This document shows, piece after piece, positions 55,772-64,000 of a DNA stretch of 64,000 bases (position 1 is the first letter of the stretch; each line of letters begins with the position of its first letter). The DNA comes from an uncultured Candidatus Rokubacteria bacterium (GTDB taxonomy: Bacteria; Methylomirabilota; Methylomirabilia; Rokubacteriales; CSP1-6): contig CAVWWD010000003.1 of the NCBI GenBank assembly GCA_963758635.1, forward strand, positions 352,001-416,000. Reading direction: 5' to 3'. The notes under the pieces were generated by a model. It was not told the origin of the DNA and did not search any database. It was given only the letters and a program-made list of their open reading frames with translations. Position numbers and translations under genes: made by a program.

Positions 55772-56010
55772 GCCGCCACTGCTGTGTGCTGGTTCAACAC
55801 CGCACCGATCTTCTGCCAGCCGTCGATCTTGCGCAACTTGATCTGCCCACTCGCCACGAGGCTGAAGAGCAGGACGAGTGCAGCGTCCTCGGTGGGCAGC
55901 GAGCCTTGCGTCTTCACCCGTCGTCGAAACTCCTCGTGGAGCCGCTCAATCGTGTTCGTGGTTCGTAGCGTTTTCCACTGCGTTTTGGGGAAGCGAAAGA
56001 ACGTGAGGAG
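55768..56010 (-). pseudogene. IS256-family transposase C-terminal remnant
   Basis: LLTFFRFPKTQWKTLRTTNTIERLHEEFRRRVKTQGSLP. Confidence 0.82.
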
Positions 56011-56340
56011 CGGAGCCCTCGGGTCGTCAGCCTCCGCCGAGTGGGGTCCGTCGTCCCGCTCTACGGCCCACAATCGCGTTGAGGAGGGCCGCCAGGCGCA
56101 CTGTGGCCTTGAGGAGCTGGGCGCGGGCCTCCCGACGTGATTGGCTACGTACGCGTTCTTCGTCGGAGCGGTGATGCGGGCCAGCACCGACTCCTCCTCG
56201 CCATGGGTATCTCAGGGGGCGAGACGCGGAGACAAGGGCGCGCTGCCGGAGGGAGACCTCGCGCGCGCCAGGACGAACGCCGGGCCGCGCAGGTTTTCAA
56301 CGCTGAGGGGGTGGGTTCGGCGAGGACGGCTCTTGGCGAC

Positions 56341-56440
56341 CAGGCATGCCGAGAGCGGGCCAGCCACGCCTGCCGTGAGCCTCTGGAGCCTCAGGGAGCG
56401 GCTCGGTGCGTTGGAGGCTGAAGACGACGGCGGTGAGGGG
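56341..56440 (+). repeat. direct repeat left of the cyclase gene
   Basis: 88/100 identity by eye to 60061-60160. Confidence 0.85.
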
Positions 56441-56560
56441 CGGGGGGCGCGCGGCGGGCATGGACAGGTCACCTCGTGTCCTTGACCCCGAGAGAGCCGG
56501 GCAGCTAGTCTCTGTTCACCGTTCCGACCCTCACCGACGAGGCTGCTGGGAGGCCCCGGC

Positions 56561-59500
56561 ATGAAGTGTCCCCGGTGCCAGCACGAGAACCCGGCCACCG
56601 TGAAGTTCTGCGGCGAGTGTGGGGCGCGCCTGGATACCGCCTGCCCGGCCTGCCGGGCGCCGAACCCTCCGGCCAACAAGTTCTGCCATGAGTGCGGGGC
56701 CCCGATGGGACCGAAGCCTGCCGCTGGCCCGCTCGACCGCTCCCCGAGTCCTACACCCCGAAGCACCTCGCGGAGAAGATCCTCACCTCCAAGGCGGCCC
56801 TGGAGGGCGAGCGCAAGCAGGTGACGGTCCTCTTCGCGGACCTCAAGGGCTCGATGGAGCTGCTCGCCGACCGTGACCCCGAGGAGGCGCGTAAGATCCT
56901 CGATCCGGTGCTCGAACGGATGATGGAGGCCGTCCACCGCTACGAGGGCACGGTGAACCAGGTGATGGGCGACGGGATCATGGCGCTCTTCGGCGCGCCG
57001 CTGGCCCACGAGGACCACGCCGTGCGGGCCTGCTACGCGGCGCTCAGGATGCAGGAGAGCGTGAAGAAGTACGCGGAGGAGGTGCGACGCTCTCATGCGG
57101 CGGTGAGTCAAGATCCGCGTCGGGCTGAACTCCGGGGAGGTCGTCGTGCGCGCCATCGGCAGCGATCTGCACATGGATTACACGGCCGTTGGCCAGACGA
57201 CGCATCTCGCCGCGCGGATGGAGCAGATCGCCGATCCCGGTGCGATCGTGATCGCGCCCGAGACGCTGGCGCTGGTCGAGGGCTACGTCGAGGTGAGGTC
57301 GCTCGGACCCATCCCCGTGAAGGGCCTCTCGGACCCGATCGAGATCTTCGAGTTGACGGGGGCGGGTCAGGCCCGGACGCGGCTGCAGGCCGCGGCCCTC
57401 CGGGGCCTCACCCGCTTCGTAGGCCGCGACGCCGAGGTCGATCACCTGCGCCGTGTGCTCGGCCAGGCCGGCGCCGGCCGAGGGCAGGTGGTCGCCATCG
57501 TGGGCGAGGCCGGAGTGGGCAAGTCGCGGCTCACCTACGAGTTCACCCACTCGCATCGGGTGCAGGACTGGCTGATCCTGGAGGCGTCGTCGGTCTCCTA
57601 CGGCAAGGCCACCAGCTACCTGCCCGTGATCGACCTGCTCAAGGGCTACTTCAAGATCGGCGACCGTGACGATCACCGAGGGATGCGCGCCAAGGTGCTG
57701 GGGCGCGTGCTGGGCCTGGACCGCGCGCTCGAGCCTTTGCTGCCCCCGTTGCTCGCGCTGCTCGACGTGCCGGTCGAGGACCCGGCCTGGGAGAACCTGG
57801 ACCCGCCGCAGCGCCGGCAGCGCATGCTCGACGCGGTCAAACGCCTGCTACTGCGCGAGAGCCAGGTGCAACCGCTGCTCGTGGTCTTCGAGGACCTGCA
57901 CTGGATCGACGGCGAGACCCAGGCCCTGCTCGACAGCCTCGTGGAGAGCCTCGGTTCCGCGCGCCTGCTGCTCCTGGTGAACTACCGCCCCGAGTACGAG
58001 CACCGCTGGGGGAGCAAGACGGCGTACTCCCAGCTCCGGCTCGACACCCTGCCCGCCGAGAGCGCGGCGGAACTGCTGGCGGCGCTACTCGGGCCGGATC
58101 CCGGGGTGGCCCCTCTCACGCAGATGCTGGCGAAGCGGGGCAACCCGTTCTTCCTGGAGGAGACGGTGCGGACGCTGGTGGAGACGGGGGCGCTGGCCGG
58201 GGAACGGGGGGCGTACCGGCTGACCCGGCCGGTGGAGGCGCTGCAGGTGCCGGCGACGGTGCAAACGATCCTGGCGGCGCGGATCGACCGGCTCTCCCCG
58301 GAGGACAAGCATCTCTTGCAGGTCGCCTCGGTCGGTTGGCAAGGACGTGCCCTTCATGCTGCTGCAGGCGATCGCCGAGCTTCCGGACGAGGCGCTCCGC
58401 GGCGGCCTCGATCGACTCCAGGCCGCCGAGTTCCTCTATGAGACCGGGCTCTATCCGGATCTCGAGTACTCGTTCAAGCACGCGCTCACTCACGAGGTGG
58501 CCTATGGCGCGCTCCTCAGTGACAAGCGCCGCATCCTTCACGCACGGATCGTGACCGCGATCGAAACGTTACACCGCGAGCGCCTCGGCGAATACACCGA
58601 GCGACTCGCACATCACGCACTCCGCGGTGAATTGCGCGAGAAGGCGGTGCACTATCTGCGGCAGGCTGGACTCAAGGCATTCGAGCAGTGGGCGCTCTCC
58701 GAAGCTCGCAGACAGTTCGAGCGGGCGCTCGGCGTCCTCGAGGCACTGCCAGAGAGCCGGTCCACGCTGGAGCAAGCCTTCGACCTCCGGCTCGAGCTGC
58801 GACCGGTGCTGAACCAACTGGGCGAGATCCGGCAAGTGCTGCAGCGCCTGCAGGAGGCCGAGTCGCTGGCCGATCGGTTGAACGACGACGGCAGGCGTGG
58901 ATCCGTGTGTACGTTCATGACGGTCGTGCACCAGCAACTCGGTGAGCTGGATGAGGCGCTCGTGATCGGCACCCGCGCTCTGGACATCGCCGCGCGCCAT
59001 GGTGACCTGAGGCTCCGTATTCCCACCACAAGCGTTCTCGTAAACACCCATTACGACAGAGGCGACTACGAACGGGTCGTCCATCTCGCCACCGGAAATC
59101 TCGAGGCTCTGCCCCCCGAATGGGTCTATGAGCGTTTCGGACGCTCCGCCCCGGCATCGGTCTACGATCGTTGTTGGCTGGGCTTGAGCCTCGGCGAGCT
59201 GGGCAGATTCCCCGAAGCGACCGCGCACGAAGCGGAGGCCATCAGGCTCGCCGAGCCGACCCAGCACGCGTACACCCTCGGAACGGCATACCGCGCTGCG
59301 GGCATGCTGGAGATCCTCAAGGGAGACTGGGCTCGGGCGCGCCCACTACTGGAGCATGCGATCGCCGCGGTCCGGACCGGAAACATTGTCCTGATGCTGC
59401 CCTCGACGGTTGGTGCCTCTGCCTGGGTGCTGGCACAACTCGGCGAGCCGAGCGGAGCAGCGAGCCGGCTGGAGGAGGGGGAGCAGCTGCTTGGTCGGCA

Positions 59501-59910
59501 GGCGATCAGTGCGGGAAATCAGGGGTGGACCATGCTCTCGGTGGGACGGGCCTGTCAGCTGCTGGGCCGGCTCGAGGAGGCGCGCCGGATCGGCGAGGTA
59601 GCGGCCTCCTCGAGGGCTCGGCACGGGTTAGTGGCGCATGCCCTGAACCTGCTCGGCGACATCGCGACCCATCCGGATCTGTTCGACGCAGAGACCGGCG
59701 AGGGTCACTACCGCAAGGCGCTGGCCCTCGCCGAGCCGCTCGGCATGCGCCCCCTCGTCGCCCACTGCCACCTCGGCCTCGGCAAGCTCTTCCGGCGCAC
59801 GGGCAAGCGCGACCAGGCGCAGCGAGCATCTCACCACCGCGACGACGATGTACCGCGAGATGGGCATGACGTACTGGCTGGAGCAGGCGGAGGCGGAGAT
59901 GGGACCGTGA
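56561..59910 (+). CDS. double zinc ribbon / class III nucleotidyl cyclase / AAA ATPase / TPR protein (frameshifts)
   Basis: Four CxxC; ERKQVTVLFADLKGS, GDGIMALFGAP, AARMEQ; GEAGVGKS, VVFEDLHW; helical repeats ending ...MYREMGMTYWLEQAE. Confidence 0.88.
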
Positions 59911-60049
59911 GCGCGAGGTTTATGGGACGGCCGTGCACCAGACGGGAGGCACCGCCGCTACCGCAACTCACTGTCGCGCGCTGTATCGTGAGCGCCCCGC
60001 CCGTCCGACGTATCCTGCCAGCCCCCTCCGCGGTCGAGCTAGGACGGCT

Positions 60050-60439
60050 CTAGAGCCGATCAGGCATGCCCAGAGCGGCCCAGCCACGCCCGCCGTGAGT
60101 CCCTGGAGCCTCAGGGAGCGGCTCGGTGCCTTGGAGCGTGAAGACGATGCTGGTGAGCGGCGCCCTGTGCTCGGCCAGCACGAGTTCCGGCGGCCCCAGC
60201 TCGCGGTTCAGCCGGGCGTAGAGCTCGAGGACGTGCACTGTGAGCTTGGGATCTTGCAGCGCCGCGCGCAGCGACGCGCGTACCTGCTCGTGCTCCCCCG
60301 CCAGGATCTCGGCGAGCAGCGTGCGGATGTGCGGGCGCGCGTCGGGGTGGCCACGGGGGCGGCCGTTCGGGTTCCCGGAGTGCCCTGGCTGCCAGCGGCC
60401 CCTGTTTTTCACCTGTTTGTCAGCCTGCTCGCTCGCCAT
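60050..60439 (-). CDS. DUF5681-like protein (terminase-small-subunit-like N-terminus)
   Basis: RWQPGHSGNPNGRPRG. Confidence 0.68.
   Translation of the reverse strand: MASEQADKQVKNRGRWQPGHSGNPNGRPRGHPDARPHIRTLLAEILAGEHEQVRASLRAALQDPKLTVHVLELYARLNRELGPPELVLAEHRAPLTSIVFTLQGTEPLPEAPGTHGGRGWAALGMPDRL
60061..60160 (+). repeat. direct repeat right of the cyclase gene
   Basis: Partner of 56341-56440. Confidence 0.85.
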
Positions 60440-60647
60440 GGTCCACGATTATGACCGCGTTCGACCGCCTCCCACGTGCAAGAACAGGTGACGAGCAGGG
60501 ACCGGAGGGCGGAATGGGCACCACCGCGCGCCCCTGCGGGCGGAAGCGGTCCGGACCGGGTATGCGCGCTGAAGGCACGGCCGAGGGGGAAATCCACCAG
60601 ATGCTCGCGTGGCTCTGGCGCTCGGCGTGCTCCTCGGCGCCCGAACT

Positions 60648-60667
60648 GGTTGCGCCTGGGTTGCGTC
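60648..60667 (+). repeat. putative integrase arm-type sites (right)
   Basis: Identical to 36160-36179. Confidence 0.75.
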
Positions 60668-60739
60668 CGCGCAGCGATCTGCAGCGTTCTGCACATTCGT
60701 GCCCGATAAGTATTCGGCGTTCTTGGGAGGGCTCGGACA

Positions 60740-60760
60740 ACGCGCGCAAGTCCACGAAGT
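60740..60760 (+). repeat. attR core
   Basis: ACGCGCGCAAGTCCACGAAGT, then AG completing a TAG stop, 4 bp before the next start codon. Confidence 0.88.
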
Positions 60761-60766
60761 AGCCCG

Positions 60767-61534
60767 GTGCCCCTCCTCGAGGTGACCGGCCTCGCCCGGT
60801 CCTTCTACGGCGTCAGCGCGCTGGCCGGCGTCGACCTCTCGGTGTCGGCGGGCACCATCACCGGCCTCATCGGCCCGAACGGGGCGGGAAGACCACACTG
60901 TTCAACGTGGTCACGGGCCTGGTGCCGCCCGGCGCGGGGCGCGTGCGCTTCGCGGGTCGCGACATCACGGGCTGGCGCGCCGATCGCGTCACCCGCGCCG
61001 GCCTCGTCCGCACCTTCCAGATCGCGCGCGGCTTCCCGCGGCTGTCCGTGCTCGAGCACCTCATGCTGTACGGCGCCGGGCAGCCCGGCGAGCGCCTGTG
61101 GCGCGCGATCGGGCGGCCCGGCCGCGGTGGCGCGCCGCGAGCGCGAGCTCGAGAGCCGCGCGTGGGCGGTGGCGAGCCGGCTGAACCTCGCGCGCGTGGC
61201 CAACGACCCTGCCGCCACGCTCTCCGGCGGCCAGAAGAAGCTCCTGGAGCTGGGCCGGGCGCTCATGACCGATCCGAAGCTGATCCTGCTCGACGAGCCC
61301 ATCGCCGGCGTGAATCCGACGCTCGCCGGGGAGATCGGCGAGCACCTGCTCGCCCTGCGCGCCGAGGGCCTCACGTTCCTGATCATCGAGCACCACCTCG
61401 ACGTGATCGCGCGCCTGTGCGCCCCCGTCATCGTGATGGCCGAGGGGCGCCGGCTCGCCGAGGGAAGCTTCGCCGCGGTGGCCGCCGATCCGCGCGTGCA
61501 GGAGGCGTACATGGGCCGGCGACGGTGGGCGTAG
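60767..61534 (+). CDS. branched-chain-type ABC transporter ATPase (LivG-like; frameshifts)
   Basis: GPNGAG, RTFQ, LSGGQKK, LLDEP, AYMG. Confidence 0.88.
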   Translation: MPLLEVTGLARSFYGVSALAGVDLSVSAGTITGLIGPNGAGRPHCSTWSRAWCRPARGACASRVATSRAGAPIASPAPASSAPSRSRAASRGCPCSSTSCCTAPGSPASACGARSGGPAAVARRERELESRAWAVASRLNLARVANDPAATLSGGQKKLLELGRALMTDPKLILLDEPIAGVNPTLAGEIGEHLLALRAEGLTFLIIEHHLDVIARLCAPVIVMAEGRRLAEGSFAAVAADPRVQEAYMGRRRWA

Positions 61535-61577
61535 CCGGCGCGCCCGCGAAGCGCGCCCGGCGGGCGCGGCGCTGACC

Positions 61578-62270
61578 GTGGAGGGCGTCGTCGCCGGCTA
61601 CAGCGCCACCGACGAGATCCTCAAGGGCGTCGACCTGTCCGTGTCGCCCGGCGAGGTCGTGGCCGTGATCGGCCCGAACGGCGCCGGCAAGTCGACGCTG
61701 CTCAAGGTGATCGCGGGCATCCTCCGGCCGCACCGGGGCTCGGTCCGCCTCGGCGACCGCCCGATCCACGGACGCCCCGCGCGCGAGATCAGCGCGCTGG
61801 GCCTCGCCTTCGTGCCCCAGGAGCAGAACGTCTTTCCGACCATGAGCGTGCGGGAGAACCTCGAGATGGGCGGCTACGTGGACCGGCGCGGGAGCCGCGC
61901 GCGCATCGACGCGATCCTCGCGCGCTTCCCGCAGCTCGCCGAGAAGCGCCGCCACGCCGCGCGCACGCTCTCCGGCGGCCAGCGCCAGATCCTCGCCATG
62001 GCCATGGCGCTCATGGTCGAGCCGGCGGTGCTCCTGCTCGACGAGCCCTCGGCGGGGCTGGCGCCGCAGGCGAGCGACACGCTGTTCGAGACCATCGCCG
62101 GCATCAACGCCGACGGCGTGTCGATCGTCATGGTCGAGCAGAACGCGCTCCAGGCCCTCACCATCGCCTCCCGCGGCTACATCCTGGTGGACGGCAAGAA
62201 CAGCCGGAGCGGCCCCGCCCGCGAGCTGGCCGCCGATCCCGACGTGCGCCGCATCTTCCTCGGCGGCTGA
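61578..62270 (+). CDS. branched-chain-type ABC transporter ATPase (LivF-like; start uncertain)
   Basis: GPNGAGKST, LSGGQRQ, LLLDEPSAGLAP, VEQN. Confidence 0.9.
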   Translation: MEGVVAGYSATDEILKGVDLSVSPGEVVAVIGPNGAGKSTLLKVIAGILRPHRGSVRLGDRPIHGRPAREISALGLAFVPQEQNVFPTMSVRENLEMGGYVDRRGSRARIDAILARFPQLAEKRRHAARTLSGGQRQILAMAMALMVEPAVLLLDEPSAGLAPQASDTLFETIAGINADGVSIVMVEQNALQALTIASRGYILVDGKNSRSGPARELAADPDVRRIFLGG

Positions 62271-62330
62271 GCGGGCGCCCGCGGGCGTGCGGCTTGCGCG
62301 CCGGCGGCGGCGGGCACTATGATCGCGCGC

Positions 62331-63135
62331 ATGACGGGCGCGGGGCGTCGGCTCGAGGGGCGGGTGATCGTGGTGACCGGCGCGGCGGGCGGCATCGGCG
62401 CGGCGTGCGCGCGCGGGATGGCGGCGGAAGGGGCGCGGCTGGTCCTCGCCGACCTCGACGCGGTCGCGACGGAGCGCCTGGCCCACGAGGTGGGGGCCGT
62501 CGCCGTCACCGTCGACGTGACCCGGCGGGGGGACGTTCGAGCGCATGCTCGACACCGCGGTCGCGCGCTGGGGGCGCGTCGACGTGCTCTTCAACAACGC
62601 CGGCATCGTCCAGGTCAAGCCCATGCTCGACCTCACCGAGGACGACTGGGACCGGGTGATGGCGGTGAACCTCCGAGCCGCCTTCTTCGTGATGCAGGCC
62701 GCGGCGCGCCGCATGATCGCGCAGGCGCCCATCGCCGGATCGGAGCTGCGCGGCAAGCTCGTCCAGACCGCCTCCATCGCGTCCTACCGGGGCGGCAACC
62801 ACCTGATGACCCATTACTCGGCAACCAAGGCCGGCGTGGTGAGCTTCACGCGCTCCGCCGCGCAGGCGCTGGCCGGAGAGCGCATCACGTCGAACTGCAT
62901 CTGCCCGGGCGCGGTGGACACGCCGATGTGGCAGCAGATCGACAAGGAGTGGAGCGCGCTGAACGACTGGACGCCGGGCGAGGCGTGGAAGCGGCGCATC
63001 GCGCACATCCCGCTCGGCCGGCCGGAGCGTGCCGAGGACCTCGTGGGGCTCGTCGTGTTCCTGGCGTCGGGCGAATCGGACTACATGACGGGCCAGGCCA
63101 TCAACCTGGACGGCGGCATGGTGATGGGGAACTGA
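62331..63135 (+). CDS. short-chain dehydrogenase/reductase (frameshift near 62530)
   Basis: TGAAGGIG, NNAG, YSATK. Confidence 0.9.
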
Positions 63136-63167
63136 GGCGTGGCGACCGCGCCAGGGGAGGAGCGTCC

Positions 63168-64000
63168 ATGATGCCGAGCCGTCGTGATCTGTCCCGTCGA
63201 TCGATGCTGCGAGGGGCGGGCGCCCTCGCCGTCGCCGCCGCGCTTCCCGCGCCGGCGCGCGCCCAGGGCTCGCCCATCCGCCTCGGCACGCTGACGCCGC
63301 TCACCGGCGCCGGCGGCTCCTACGGCCCGTCGATGCGGAAGGCGATGGACTGGGTGGCCGGAGACGTGAACGCCGCAGGCGGCGTACTCGGCCGCAAGGT
63401 CGAGCTCGTGAGCGAGGACGACCAGACCAACCCCGAGGCCGCCGTCCGCGCCGCGCGCAAGCTCATCGACGTGGACAAGGTGGCCGCCATCATGGGCACC
63501 TGGGCCTCCGCGGTGACGACCGCGGTGGCGCCGCTCTGCTGGGAGTCGAAGACGTTCCTCACCACCGTGTCCGGCGCGGACAGCATCACGCAGCTCCCGC
63601 ACCAGGGCTATCTCGTGCGCACGCAGCCGAACACGCAGCTACAGATCGGCAAGCTCGGCGAGTTCCTGCTCGCGCTCAAGGCCAAGCGCGTCTTCGTCAT
63701 GTCGGCCCAGACGCCGTACGCCGTGCCCTCCGAGAAGCGTCTCGGCGAGGTGCTCGCCAAGGGGGGCGCGGCGTCCATCGGCCACATCGTCTACGACCGG
63801 GAGAAGGTCACGTTCCGCTCCGAGGTCGACCAGGCGCTCCGCGCGAAGCCCGACATGATCTTCTTCAACGGCTACGCGCCGGACGTGACCGTGGTCCTCA
63901 AGGAGATCTTCAAGGCCGGCTACGCGGGCGGCAAGGTCGCGCCGGCCTTCGCGGTGAACCAGAAGCTCCTGGACTCGCTGCCGCACGACGTGACGGACGG
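63168..64000 (+). CDS. branched-chain-type ABC substrate-binding protein, Tat signal (3'-truncated)
   Basis: SRRSML signal; IRLGTLTPLTG, NAAGGVLGRKVELVSEDDQT; open to the window end. Confidence 0.88.
   Translation, partial: MMPSRRDLSRRSMLRGAGALAVAAALPAPARAQGSPIRLGTLTPLTGAGGSYGPSMRKAMDWVAGDVNAAGGVLGRKVELVSEDDQTNPEAAVRAARKLIDVDKVAAIMGTWASAVTTAVAPLCWESKTFLTTVSGADSITQLPHQGYLVRTQPNTQLQIGKLGEFLLALKAKRVFVMSAQTPYAVPSEKRLGEVLAKGGAASIGHIVYDREKVTFRSEVDQALRAKPDMIFFNGYAPDVTVVLKEIFKAGYAGGKVAPAFAVNQKLLDSLPHDVTD

Larger units (their letters stand above)
36055..60760. mobile_element. ~24.7-kb integrative element, phage-satellite-like
   Basis: 21-bp att direct repeat at both ends, integrase at the left end, primase-helicase, HTH genes, DUF5681-like gene; splits a host operon. 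Confidence 0.9.

Noticed and set aside
36055..60760. Complete prophage or ICE
   Set aside because: No recognisable capsid, portal, tail, lysis, relaxase or T4SS genes

Overview
High-GC bacterial chromosome segment. Gene content resembles Candidatus Rokubacteria/Methylomirabilota (inference). Scattered single-base frameshifts, including one in rpoC, point to long-read indel errors. 1-24255: rpoC (5'-truncated), the str operon and the S10-spc-alpha ribosomal cluster through rplQ; several intergenic gaps hold MITE/REP-like inserts, and tuf has a strongly G-ending codon signature. 24.3-36.1 kb: DMT transporter, cytochrome P460-fold/cupredoxin fusion, tenA, dienelactone hydrolase, two CNNM/hemolysin genes, thiL, fused trpE(G) with a Trp-codon attenuator, trxA, cyclase-family protein, FAD oxidoreductase. 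36055-60760: a ~24.7-kb integrated element bounded by a 21-bp att direct repeat at the 3' end of the oxidoreductase. It carries a tyrosine integrase, HTH regulators, a primase-helicase with an iteron array and a DUF5681-like gene, with no recognisable capsid or tail genes (satellite-like). Its cargo includes HNH and GIY-YIG nucleases, an XRE/metallopeptidase pair, a repeat-flanked cyclase-AAA-TPR gene and a ~10-kb stop/start-coupled array. That array, the best candidate for an undescribed system, holds seven orphan substrate-binding paralogues with conserved ends and variable cores, interleaved with repeated mini-modules that each precede a different lipoprotein-like gene. After attR the interrupted host operon resumes (LivG/LivF-type ATPases, SDR, binding protein).
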